A DNA stretch of 64,000 bases, taken from the NCBI RefSeq assembly GCF_006345805.1, contig NC_042998.1:25110001-25174000 (forward strand), read 5' to 3'. Position numbers and translations under genes: made by a program. The DNA comes from Octopus sinensis (lineage: Eukaryota). Under the pieces are notes generated by a model. That model ran no database searches. It had not been told where the DNA came from and saw only the letters and a program-made list of their open reading frames with translations. Shown here one piece after another: positions 12,264-25,267 of this stretch (position 1 is the stretch's first letter; the number at the start of each line of letters is the position of its first letter).

Positions 12264-12579
12264 TGTGGAATTTTGCTTATTCAATCAAGGCTGATAATGA
12301 CAACAACAATATCAATATCAATACCAAGATGTTCAGTGCTATGACACCTGTAAGATATTTAAGATGATATAAGTACTCTTTTCGTTTCACTTGATCTTTA
12401 TATTTAAATCAAGATCAACTTTGATGCTATGAAAAAGCCCTCGATAACCATTCTATTGGCTGTATGAAGTGGCTAATTGGATACTGGGATGAAGCTTTAA
12501 TCATACCTAAACTCTAACTCAAGACATCTTCAGCAACAAATATATTTTTTTTTGTAAAAATGAAAAAAATATGGATATA

Positions 12580-12875
12580 GCCCCGCTGCCCTGACTGGCT
12601 TTGGTGCCAGTAGCACATAAAAAGCACCATCCGAATGTGGTTGATGCCAGTTCCACCTGACTGGCTTCCATGCCGGTGGCACGTAAAAAGCACCCACTAC
12701 ACTCTCGGAGTCGTTGGCATTAGGAAGGACATCCAGCTGTAGAAACATTGCTAGATCAAATTGGAACCTGGTGTGGCCTCCCGGCTTGCCAGTCCCCAGT
12801 CAAACCGTCCAACCCAGGCCAGCATAGAAAATGGACGTTAAATAACGACGATGATGATGATGATGATGATGATGT
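12580..12875 (+). mobile_element. Family D retroposon
   Basis: Homology, (GAT)n tail. Confidence 0.75.
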
Positions 12876-13769
12876 AATGCTAATCATTTTATTCAAAACA
12901 CTTAGAACTGGCCACAATTTATCAAGAGGGACCAAAAATCTTGTGAGCAAACTACTGCCATCTTCACTAAAGCCTTGCACATCTCCACATGCAAGTGAAT
13001 TGATAGAGACAATGGAGTTAGTTCATCCTTCCTTGCTGATGATGACCAAGGACACCTTATGGGAGAAGAAGACAAGGTGTGGTGTGTTCAGTTGTGACCA
13101 ATCAGTCTGATGTGTAATCAGAAGCCTCTGCTGCAGGGAATCACAGGTGGTCTTCTGGGACTTTCGTCTTCATCATCGTCTGGCTGTGTGGTAAGTAGCT
13201 TGCTTACCAATCACATGGTTTCAGGTTCAGTCCCACTGCATGGCACCTTGGGCAAGTGTCTTCTACTATAGCCTCAGGCCGATCAAAGCTTTGTGAGTGG
13301 ATTTGGTAGACGGAAACTGGAAGACCATCGTACATATATATATATATGTTTGTGTGTGCATATGTTTATGTGCCTGTGTTTGACTCCTCTCCAACATCGC
13401 CGGCGTGTTTACATCCCTATAACTGAATCATCATCATCATCATCATCATCATTATGCAGCAGAGTGTTCTGAGTACACATCAGACTGATTGGTCACAACT
13501 CAACACATCGCTCCTTGTCTTCTTCTCCCATAAGGTGTCCTCGGTCACCATCGTATTATGTTTAGACTTTACTTAACTTTACTCAACTTTACTCATCTAA
13601 TTCCTCCAATTTCTTTCCATTTGTCGAACAATTCCTCCAAGATCATTGTGAGTCCTACAACAGAGTAACTGATAAGCAGGCAGAGGGAAAGAACAGAATA
13701 TAGGGATACATAAATCCATTATTATTTCTGTTCCCAAAATCCACTAGCTTCATGTTTAGGGTCTGCAAC

Positions 13770-14132
13770 TGCCAGAGATGTTAATGTGACCCACTGTTTC
13801 TTTGTGGATGACCTGAAGATTTATGGTAAAAGTGTTTACAATGCCAAAATGCAGCTGAAGTTAATAACAATATTTCAACTGATACAGGAATCGAATTTGG
13901 CTGAAAGAAATATTTGTATTCGATTGTCGAACATAGAAAATCTGTCCCCCAAACCCCAAACCTGTACATAAATGGTCTCTATCTCTCCTGTTCCACACAA
14001 AGAATGCTATAAATAACAAAGTATTGATGATATCATATCACATGAGGGTGTTGCGAACAAGGATAGAATGACTCAAAGATATTACACTATACAGAGAAAA
14101 ACATGGTAGTCAGAGCTCTCCCCTTACGACAA
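13770..14132 (+). mobile_element. Decayed RT fragment of an R4/Dong-like (RLE-type) non-LTR retrotransposon
   Basis: VTHCFFVDDLKIYGK...DTGIEFG catalytic region, later NKDRMTQRYY..RKTW*SELSPYDK; stops and frameshifts. Confidence 0.65.
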
Positions 14133-14537
14133 GAGAATATTCTTTACTACTCTAGGCGCAAGGCCCAAAATATTTGAGGAGAGTCCAGTCGATTAGATTG
14201 ACCTCAGTACGCATTTGGTACTTAATTTATCAACCCCAAAAGGATGAAAGGCAAAGTCAACCTCAGAGGAATTTGAACTTAGAATGTAAAGACAGATGAA
14301 ATACCTATTTCTTTACTACCCACAAGGGGCTAAACACAGAGAGGACAAACCAGGACAGACATATGGATTAAGTCGATTATATCGACCCCAGTACGTAACT
14401 GGTACTTAATTTATTGACCCTGAAAGGATGAAAGGCAAAGTCGACCTTGGCGGAATTTGAACCTAGAAATATAACGGCAGACAAAATACCGCTAAGCATT
14501 TTGCCCAGTGTGCTAACATTTCTGCCAGCTCACCGCC
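14133..14537 (-). mobile_element. SINE family B heterodimer
   Basis: One head, junction at ~14305, TSD-like ACAAGAGAATATT/ACAAGAAAATATT. Confidence 0.85.
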
Positions 14538-15112
14538 GTACAAGAAAATATTGCACAATTCCTTTGCAGTCCCAATACTGATGGCCATATTTAAGATATT
14601 TAAGGCAGTGGGCTGACAGAATCGTAATCACACTAGACAAAATGCTTAGCAACATTTTGTTCATCTTTAGGTTCTGAGTTCAAATTGCACTGAGGTCAAC
14701 TTTGCCTTTCATCCTTTTGGGGTCGATAAAATAAGAACCATTTGAGCACTGGGGTCAATGTAATTGACATGCCCCCTCCCCTGAAATTGTTTGGCTAGCA
14801 TCAAAATTTGAGAGCAATATTTGAGATACTTATCTGGTTTGTAGAGGAAATCCACTCGGCAGACAGTAAAAGTCACAAGATCCTGATATCAACTGGTAAG
14901 TTACACAAAACCTGTAATATTGGTAGGTTCTCTCCCAAAAGAAGTGAAAGAGGTAGAGGCTCGAGATCAGTACAAAAACCCTTTAAATATCATTTAATAT
15001 CTCTTAAATAGAACTTACTGAACAACAGCATCAAAAGGTAAATCCCTAAACCCTGTGTTGGAAAGTGAAGTCACATGCAATGTACTAGAATCCTTTTAGG
15101 AAGAAAATTCTT

Positions 15113-15987
15113 ACTCTTTACTCTTTTACTCTTTTACTTGTTTCAGTCTTTTGACTGTGGCCATGCTCGAGCACTGCCTTTAGTCGAGCACATCGACCCC
15201 AGGACTTATTCTTTGTAAGCCCAGTACTTATTCTATCGGTCTCTTTTGATGAACCGCTAAGTTACAGGGATGCAAACACACCAGCATCAGTTGTCAAGCA
15301 ATGTTGGTGGGGTAGGGGGGGTCAACACAGACACACAAACATATACACACACATACATATATATATACATACATATATACGAAGGGCTTCTTTCAGTTTC
15401 AGTCTACCAAATCCACTCACAAGGCTTTGGTCAGCCCGAGGCTATAGTAGAAGACACTTGCCAAAGGCGCCATGTAGTGGGACTGAACCTGGAACTATGT
15501 GGCTGGTAAGCAAGCTACTTGCTACAGAGCCACTCCTTGTAATGATATTTCTATTGAAATACACTTCCCAAGTGTTTCTGTTCATACTCTTTACTCTTTT
15601 ACTTGTTTCAGTCATTTAACTGTGGCCATGCTGGAGCACCACCTTTTAGTCGAGCAAATCGACCCCAGGACTTATTCTTTGTAAGCCCAGTACTTTTTCT
15701 ATCGGTCTCTTTTGCCGAATCGCTAAGTTACGGGGACGTAAACACACCAGCATCGGTTGTCAAGCAATGTTGGGAGGACAAACACAGACACACAAACACA
15801 TACACATATATATATATATATACATATATACGACGGGCTTCTTTCAGTTTCCATCTACCAAATCCACTCACAAGGCTTTGGTCAGCCTGAGGCTATAGCA
15901 GCAGACACTTGCCCAAGGTGCCACGCAGTGGGACTGAACCTGGAACTATGTGGTTGGTAAGCAAGCTACTTACCACAGAGCCATTCC
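15113..15987 (-). mobile_element. Two SINE family A copies forming a 450-bp tandem duplication
   Basis: Copies 15113-15537 and 15586-15987, each followed by the same ~50-bp flank. Confidence 0.85.
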
Positions 15988-16207
15988 TTGTAATGATATT
16001 TCTATTGAAATACACTTCCATAGTGTTTCTGTTCATATTTAAAATAATCAAGAATTTTGATGGATGTCATTAAAATAATTAATTTTCTCACTATATCATT
16101 GGTGTTCTGAAGATAATTCATGATTCTTACATAAAATTTTGATAAAACACCTGTGCCAGAGCCATGTAAAAAGCATTCAGTAAACTTTGTAAGGTGGTTG
16201 GCATTAG

Positions 16208-16755
16208 GAAGTGAAGCTTGGTGGACTTATCTAGCTTGCTAACTCCAGTCAAACTGTCCAACCCATGCCAGCATGGAAAACAGCATGGTCTTATCCACCT
16301 TGCCAACTCCAGTCAAACTGTCCAACCCATGCCAGCATGGAAAACAGACAATTAATGATGATGATGATGATTTAAATATACTACAGCCATCACTCATGAC
16401 TTGGTAGCATAACCCATGCTTTCTCTAGCCGAAGTGAAACTTGGTGGACTTATCCAGCTTTCCAACTCCAGTCAAACTGTCCAACCCATGCCAGCATGGA
16501 AAACAGACAATAAATGATGATGATGATGATGATTTAAATATACTACAGCCATCACTCATGACTTGGTAGCATAACCCATGCTTTCTCTAGCTGAAGTGAA
16601 ACTTGGTGGACTTATCCAGCTTTCCAACTCCAGTCAAACCGTCCAACCCATGCCAGCATGGAAAACAGACAATAAATGATGATGATGATGGTGATGATTC
16701 AAATATACTACAGCCATCACTCATGACTTGGTAACATAACCCATGCTTTCTCTAG
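16208..16755 (+). repeat. ~162-bp tandem repeat of a family D tail plus flank, about 3 copies
   Basis: GAAGTGAAACTTGGTGGAC at 16431 and 16593, variant at 16208. Confidence 0.8.
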
Positions 16756-17213
16756 GTGTTTTAGGCAACTATATAGTCATGAGAAGACAGAAGCACTGTC
16801 TCGGCTCTTTCACGCTTAACCTAGTGGAACCCTGAGACTATGACAGCTGGAAGAAAAAGAGCTGCACCAGTATGTAGCTGATACTCATTTTTAGCAGAGC
16901 AGATTGACACAATAGGAACTGAAGTGCCTTGCTGATGGACACAATGGAATGCCTGGTCTAAAAGCCTAACACCTTAACTATTAAGCCATGTCTTCCCCTA
17001 GCTTAAATACTAACCACTTCAAAATTGGTGAATTTGTATCATAGAGCTAGCTGTGGTTTCAGGCAGATTAGTATCAAAAGAAACCAGAATTTATTTTATC
17101 AAAACTGTTTAGTTTGAGAAAAGATCAACAAATAGGATTGTTAGAATTCAGAAATTCTAATTTAATAATAATGATTTAATAATATTGCTCTTAAATATCA
17201 TTGCTAAGAGGGA

Positions 17214-17623
17214 TACTCTTTTACTCTTTTACTTGTTTCAGTCATTTGACTGTGGCCATGCTGGAGCACCGCCTTTAATCGAGCAACTCGACCCCGGGAC
17301 TTATTCTTTTCTAAGCCCAGTACTTATTCTATCGGTCTCTTTTGCCGAACCGCTAAGTAACGGGGACGTAAACACACCAGCATCGGTTGTCAAGCAATGC
17401 TAGGGGACAAACACAGACACACAAACACACACACGCACATATATATATATACATATATACGACGGACTTCTTTCAGTTTCCGTCTACCAAATCCACTCAC
17501 AAGGCTTTGGTCGGCCCGAGGCTATAGTAGAAGACACTTGCCCAAGGTTCCACGCAGTGGGACTGAACCCGGAATGATGTGGTTGGTAGACAAGCTACTT
17601 ACCACACAGCCACTCTTGCGCCT
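17214..17623 (-). mobile_element. SINE family A
   Basis: Full-length homology. Confidence 0.88.
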
Positions 17624-17821
17624 ATATGGTTCGTTTTCTACATTAGCTTACGACATTTGGACAAAGTTTGTTTTTGTTGTTGTGTACAAGTATTAATATA
17701 AAGACAGAAGAAAGACAACAGCAACAACTGTTGGATAATAAACTCCTTTCATACATTGTCTGAAAAATAAAAAGATGGGATAGTCAAGGCTGGAGTGCTG
17801 TTGATCATAGATATGCAGAAC

Positions 17822-18040
17822 CTGAGGGCGGCAAGCAGGCAGAATCGTTAGCACTCTGGGTGAAATGCTTAGCGGTATTTCGTCTGTCTTTACATTCTGA
17901 GTTTGCCTTTCATCTTTTCGGGGTCGATAAATTAAGTACCAGTTACGCACTGGGATCGATGTGATCGACTTAATCCGTTTGTCTGTCCTAGTTTGTCCCC
18001 TCTATGTTTAGCCCTTTGTGGGCAATAAAGAAATAAGATA
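17822..18040 (+). mobile_element. SINE family B monomer
   Basis: Homology. Other monomers near 19615, 29048, 30838, 41040 and 41568. Confidence 0.82.
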
Positions 18041-19276
18041 AGCAGAGCCAGAGCTGATCTGGGAGCAACAAGGGCAAGAATAGTATCAAGCAATAATAAC
18101 AACAACAGTCACTCATTCCTAACTTAGCTAACTCCAAAACAATCTTGTCCTGATTTTTTAACCTCTCCAAAACAATTCAATGTAACCAGCAGCAGCAGCA
18201 GCAGCAGCCGCAGCCATTCAAGAATTTGGACCTGGAGACCTCCATTTCCAGTGACTTCAAGGTCCACCTCCTGGTGGTGTCGGGTGTCAACAAAGAGCCC
18301 TCGACTACAACAAGACAACCAAAGTTTTTTTTTGTCCAAGGTCTGGGGTCTCCTGCCCCTAAGCCCTAGACCATCACTTAATCACCCTTACCCATCTTGT
18401 TGCTTAACAACAACAACAACAACAGCAGGGCAACCCCAGCTATATTAACCATCATCTCCATCAGCCCCAGCACCAGCAAAAATGATCATTGCTCTCTTCA
18501 GACATTTTCATTACTGCAAATATTATTCTTGCTGGCAGCCTACATTTCCCTGCTTGCTCATTACTTCTATCACAACTAGCAATCGTTTCCTTTCACCCTT
18601 GTGGCAATCTTCCCATTTGTTACAGCCTGTTTCAACACAAAACTCCACAAGTAAGCATTTCCCTGCCTGTACATTACTCTCACTATCACTCTTTCACTTT
18701 CACTTTCTTCCCTCCCACCCTAGTGACAGTCTTTGCTCTTCCTTCCCCTCTATTTGTCACAGTCTGTTTGCAAATACTGACTGCTGACATGCATGCAAGA
18801 GGTCTGACTGTAACACTCAATTTGACATAATCACACAAATTTTTCACTGAATGTAAAAGTAAAAATGACTTTCTGCGACCTTAATGATTCCGTCTGATTT
18901 ACTGACTTATTATCATCTATTAACAACCACTTATAAATAGCCATGGCTTCTTTAATTTTGCTTTATTTACTTTAATAGTTTCTTTTCAGCTGACAGTTGA
19001 CAGTTAATAACATGTCCTCTTGAAGCCAACCGGCAAACAAATTGTGTGTTAAAACTTGAAATAAATCATGTATAGGGAGCAAATACTGTGAAGGCAGACG
19101 GTTGAGCAATTAGGGTATTTGGCTCCTGATCGATTAGGGTATTTGATTGTGAGTTCAATTCCTGGTGGCATGTTGTGTCCCTATGTAAGGTTTCATGTTG
19201 TTCTAGGCCAGTCAGCTGGCAAAAGAAATACTGCTTGACCTTTAGTAAAGATTTTAATAATAATAATGATAATGAT

Positions 19277-19585
19277 GTGGAGGCACAATGGCCCAGTGGT
19301 TAGGGCAGCAGACTCACGGTCGGAGGATTGCAGTTTCGATTCCCAGACCGGGCGTTTTGTGTGTTTATTGAGCGAAAACACCTGAAAGATCCACCAGGCT
19401 CCAGCAGGGGGTGGTGGCGACCCCTGTTGTACTCTTTCGCCCTAAATTTCTCTCACTCTTTCTTCCTGTTTTTTGGGTAATGCTGCAATGGACTGGTGTT
19501 CCGTCCAGCTGGGGGGAACACATACGCCACAGAAACTGGGAAACAGGGCCCATGAGCCTGGCTAGGCTTGGAAAGGGCACATAAA
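19277..19585 (+). mobile_element. SINE with a family C/E 5' half and the tail seen in 46405-46652
   Basis: Mosaic homology within the window. Confidence 0.75.
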
Positions 19586-20309
19586 TAAAAAAAATAATGA
19601 TAATAATAATAATAATAATCCTTTCTACTATAGCCACAAGGCCTGGATTTTTGTGGGGAGGGGAACAATCGATCACATCGACACCAGTACTTGACTGGTA
19701 CTTAATTAATCGACCCCGAAAGGATGAAAGGCAAAGTCGACCTCGGTGGAATTTGAACTCTGAACTTAGCAACGGGCAAAATTCCACTAAGTATTTATTT
19801 CATCCAGCATGCTAACGACTCTGTCAGCTTGTCACCTTAATAATAATGATGATGATGATAATAAGGGTGAACAGATGAAAGGATATCACAGGTTCCAGGA
19901 CAAGATACAAATGAAGCTTATGAAAAAGAGAAGGAAAAGAAAAAATATTTGCAGTATATAATTGTTTGGAAGATTTCTTAGTGATGAAGGTTACCACCTA
20001 GGATAAATCTACCATGCAACTTTTGCCCTGACCACCCTCACAGAAGAAACCTGCTTACTCTTCTTCCCGGCCAAAAGAAGCTGGCAGGGCAGTCTTCACA
20101 GTGATTTTTAAGCATGCTTAATTTTTTATATGGCACATATAGACTACCTGTTTTATGTTCAAACTAGTCAGATCCAGCCTTTTACTCAGCACCTTAGGCA
20201 AGTGTCTTCTACTATAGCCTCGAGCCAACCAAAGCCTTGTGAGTTGCTTTGGTAGACAGAAACTGAAAGAAGCCCGTCGTATATATTTATATATATATTT
20301 ATATAGAAT

Positions 20310-21810
20310 TGTATTCTTTGTGGTACCAGTGCCGGTGGCACACAAGAAAACCACCCAAACGTGGCCGTAACCAGTACCGCATCGACTGGCCTCCGTGCTG
20401 TGGGCACAACACACACCATCCGATCGTGGCCGTTCACCAGCCTCATCTGGCACATAAAGACACCATCCGAAGACCCGGCGACGTAGTCAGTCCACCTGTG
20501 CATACCTTCCCTCTTATGACACTTGTGAAGACCTGTTGAGGCAAGTGTGTGACACTTGTGAAGACCTGTTGAGGCAGAGGCAAGTGTGTGACACTTGTGG
20601 AGACCTGTTGAGGCAAGTGTGTGACCCTTGTGAAGACCTGTTGAGGCAAGTGAAATCAAACCAAATCAAAATAGATGAATATCAATGGAATTTGTATCTT
20701 GTGGTTCCAGTACCGGTGGCACACAAGAAAACCATCCGAACGTGGCCGTCGACTGGCCTCCGTGCTGTGGGCACAACAAACACCATCTGATCGTGGCCGT
20801 TCGCCAGCCTCACCTGGCACCTGTGTCGGTGGCACATAAAAACACCACCACCATCCAAAGACCCGGCGACGTAGTCAGTCCACCTGTGCTTACCTTCCCT
20901 CTTATGACACTTGTGAAGACCTGTTGAGGCAGAGGCAAGTGTGTGACACTTGTGAAGACCTGTTGAGGCAGAGGCAAGTGTGTGGACACTTGTGGAGACC
21001 TGTTGAGGCAAGTGTGTGACACGCGTGACACTTGTGAAGACCTGTTGAGGCAAGTGAAAATCAAACCAAATCAAAATAGATGAACATCAATGGAATTTGT
21101 ATCTTTGTGGTTCCAGTACGGTGGCACACAAGAAAACCATCCGATCGTGGCCGTTCGCCAGCCACATCTGGCACCTGTGTCGGTGGCACATAAAGACACC
21201 ATCCGAAGACCGGCGACGTAGACAGTCCACCTATGCATACCTTCCTTCTTGTGACACTTGTGAAGACCTGTTGAGGCAAGTGAAAATCAAATCAAATCAA
21301 ATCAAATCAAAACAATCAAAATAGATGAACATAAATGGAATTTGTATCTTTGTGGTACCAGTGCCGGTGGCACACAAGAAAATCATCCGAACGTGGCCGT
21401 AGCCAGTACCGCATAGACTGGCCTCCGTGCTTTGGGGACGTAACAAACACCATCCGATCGTGGCCGTCCGCCAGCCTCATCTGGCACCTGTGTCGGTGGC
21501 ACATAAAAACACCATCCGAGCGTGGCCGTCTGCCAGCCTCGTCTGGCACCTGTGTCGGTGGCACATAAAAACACCATCCGAGCGTGGTCGTTCGCCAGCC
21601 TCGTCTGGCACCTGTGTCGGTGGCACATAAAATCACCCACTACACTCTCGGAGTGGTTGGCGTTAGGAAGGGCATCCAGCTGTAGAAACACTGCCAGATC
21701 TGACTGGCCTGGTGCAGCCTTCGGGCTCCCCAGACCCCAGTTGAACCGTCCAACCCATGCTAGCATGGAAAACGGACGCTAAATGATGATGATGATGATG
21801 ATGATGATAT
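20310..21810 (+). mobile_element. Family D retroposon (GGCGTTAGGAAGGGCATCCAG segment, possibly Ceph-domain-like; (GAT)n tail) with a much expanded 5' module array
   Basis: Shared 3' end with copies near 12580, 16150, 26550(-), 35525, 38930(-), 40370, 42805 and 44785(-); tandem ~30-bp and ~57-bp modules. Confidence 0.75.
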
Positions 21811-21830
21811 ATATGTATATTTATATATAC

Positions 21831-21874
<44 letters not shown>

Positions 21875-21970
21875 TCATTATCATCTTCGTTTAGCTGTAA
21901 GACCTTCTATCTATAAATGTTCTAATATCTACACACCCTTGGTTTTTTATCTCATTCCGCAAAAAATTCT

Positions 21971-22001
<31 letters not shown>

Positions 22002-22794
22002 TTGTTTGTGTGTCTGTGTTTGTCCCCCCAATATTGCTTGACAACTGTTGCTGGTGTGTTTATGTCCCCGTAACTTAGCAGTTTGGCAAAAGAGACCGAT
22101 AGGATAAGTACTAGGCTCACAAAAAATAAGTCCTGGGGCCAATGTGCTCGACTAAAGGTGGTGCTCCAGCATGGCCACAGTCAAAATGACTGAAACTAGT
22201 AAAAGGGTAAAAGAGTAAAAATAATGAATAAAATATAAATGACAATATTAAAATAATTAATGCTTTTCTGGGTTTTTTTTTGCTTTTGGGCTTTTTTTTC
22301 GAAGCTGTATACAGTGTATTTGATGCAGTTGTATTGTTCCTTTGTAAAGCTATAAAGTTGCTGATGTGGCCTTTTTTTTTTTTATATAAAACTTATGCCT
22401 TCATAGGGAGATATAGATGCAACATTGAGGATGTAAGTTGATAAATAGCTCTGCCATCTATAAATTACATAAACTTTGAAAGCTAAGGAAATTCATACTG
22501 AAATATATAAATAATTGAAATGATAGAGTGTAAAATGTAACCTACTGTGGTGCAGGGGTGCAGGATGCGTAATATATGCACACATAAAATGACATATATA
22601 CAGAAGAAGAGACTGAAAAAAAAAATAGGAGAGATGCACATTTATACATAAAAAACAGTAACTAAGAATGACAGATGGGTAAGATCTTATATAGGATATT
22701 TCATGTTTATATTTTTCTACAATCTTTCAGCAAAACAATAAATCTCTTCAAAACGTATGTGAATTACTTGATGTTTGGCATAGATTCTTATTTT

Positions 22795-22806
22795 CATTTA
22801 TTATTA

Positions 22807-22859
<53 letters not shown>

Positions 22860-22877
22860 TATTATATTATATTATTA

Positions 22878-22915
<38 letters not shown>

Positions 22916-22929
22916 TATTATTATTGTTG

Positions 22930-22961
<32 letters not shown>

Positions 22962-23017
22962 TATTATTATATTATTATTATTATTATACTATTATTATTA
23001 TTATTATATTATTATTA

Positions 23018-23049
<32 letters not shown>

Positions 23050-23073
23050 TATTATTATTATTTATTATTATTA

Positions 23074-23123
<50 letters not shown>

Positions 23124-23206
23124 TATTATTATTATTTATTATTATTTATTATTATTATTATTATTATTATTGTTATTATTTATTATTATTATTATTATTA
23201 TTGTTA

Positions 23207-23238
<32 letters not shown>

Positions 23239-23240
23239 CA

Positions 23241-23324
<84 letters not shown>

Positions 23325-23345
23325 TATTATTATCATTATTATTAT
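22795..23345. repeat. ~550-bp imperfect (ATT)n microsatellite; (GAA)n at 23522-23572
   Basis: Directly visible. Confidence 0.95.
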
Positions 23346-24685
23346 TTTGTGAAAGCGTCCTTTTCTTTCTTGCCTACGATTTACAAGACGAGACGTTGAA
23401 TTCACTGATAACATTGTCCAAAGAAAGTGACCTTGTCAGAAGTCGATAAAATAATAATGCCAACATGAAAAATTGTACGTAGATATTAAAAGAAGTTGAA
23501 ACAAAGAGAGGAACGGCAAATAAAGAAGAAGAAGAAGAAGAAGAAGAAGAAGAAGAAGAAGAAGAAGAAGAAAGCAAAGTAAAAATTTAAAATATGAAAG
23601 GAAAATAAAAAAAATTAAATTTTTTAAAAAAATATGTGCAAGAAATCTGTACTGTTTCACGATAATGCACTCTGGCTGAATGTTCAGTTAAAAAAAAAAA
23701 AATCTCTTGACAATAGTTAAAAGACCTATTTTAAGTGCAAGTCATCTTTAGGTGTTTGAATTTATTTTTCTTCTTCAGATGCTGCAATGTTAATAGAATT
23801 GACAATGTGTGATAAAATTTTCAAGTGATCTTTATGTTCAAAATGTCATTTATATATTCATTGCCGTGTGTTGAGAACATTGAGATATAAATTATGCAGA
23901 ACATCCTATTGTTTATTCAGATAAAATACAGTCTTGTTTAAACAAATTTTTTTCAAGATAAAGTGCATTGTTACAGCTGCTTTAGATCATTGATGTATTA
24001 AAGTTATATTAAACAAGGTTAGTATATATATTATTTCATGTATAATTTGGAACTTGAAATGATAACTTGAATAATTTGACACCCAATTTTTACATCAATG
24101 GAAACATTTGTTGAATCTTTGTCATTTTCTCTGGGGATCTGACAAGACAACGTATTGAACGGATGTGTGGTTCAATTGCAAAATTAGACTTGAAACAATT
24201 CCCATTAATAGGTGCAAATATGATTGAATGGTTTAGGAATGTTGATAAACCACAATAATGGCTGTGTGGTAAGAAGTTTGCTTTCCAGCCACATGGTCCC
24301 TGGTTCAGTTTCACTGTGTGGTACTTCAGGAAAGTTCTACTATATCATCAGGCAGACTGAAGATTTGTGAGTGGATTTGGTAGACAGAAACTGAGAGAAG
24401 CCAAATAAACACATGCACTATGTATTTGTTCTTCATTCATTTATTACTGTTCTCATTTTAACTGATGTCCATTGTCTGGAAATCTTTCATCACACACCTG
24501 TGAATTCTTCAACGACCCTTTCCATCAACAAAAGGGTCGCTGAAGAGGTCACAGGTGTGTGGCAAAAATTTCTGGATTATGGATGTAAGATAAAATTAGA
24601 ACAGTAATTAGTGAGTGAAGAATGAATATATATAGTGCATGTGTTTATTTGGCAAAAACAAAAAAGAAATGACCATCCCAAGATA

Positions 24686-24732
<47 letters not shown>

Positions 24733-24735
<3 letters not shown>

Positions 24736-24993
24736 TTCAGCAAAATTTAGATTCAGATGAATATGGTACTTAGGTTGAAGGCACCAGAATTTAGTATGGT
24801 ATTAACCATGTAATTTAAAGTAAGGAGATTATAATCAAAATAAGCAATAAGGATATCCAGAGGTAATGCAGTACAATCGTTTCATGCGACTCCATTTAAT
24901 TGTTTGCATGTTTGCATTGTTCAATTAAATGGAGTCACATGAAACGACTGTACTGCATTACCTCTGGATATCCTTGTTGCTTATTTTGATTAT
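24733..24993. mobile_element. Foldback element in (TA)n, same family as 60582-60758
   Basis: Arms 24830-24902 and 24922-24993 with a ~97-bp one-sided tail; homologous copy at 60.6 kb. Confidence 0.65.
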
Positions 24994-25010
24994 ATATATA
25001 TTTATATATT

Positions 25011-25083
<73 letters not shown>

Positions 25084-25104
25084 TATATTATATATATATA
25101 TATA

Positions 25105-25267
25105 TTTTATTTTTCCCCTGTCTTCCCTTCTCCTATGTTTCCGACGAAGAGCTCCGCTCGAAACGTCAAACCCTCCTTCCCTTCTTTCCTGAGCGTCCAA
25201 TAATACTTTATTTGTTCCACGTCCTTGCGTTGTTGTTTTTTTTGTTTTTGTTTTCTTGTTTGGATTA

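Noticed and set aside
20500-21300. CRISPR-like spacing of ~30-bp repeats
   Set aside because: Eukaryotic context, spacers are not unique, no cas genes; it is a minisatellite.
20118-21782. Many overlapping ORFs with repeated peptides
   Set aside because: Arise from tandem modules of the family D repeat; open on both strands with no domain signature.
23350-23830. CpG-retaining unique stretch with possible acceptors (23388, 23778) and short terminal-exon-like frames
   Set aside because: Peptides unrecognised and no upstream exons identified; could be promoter or UTR but unsupported.
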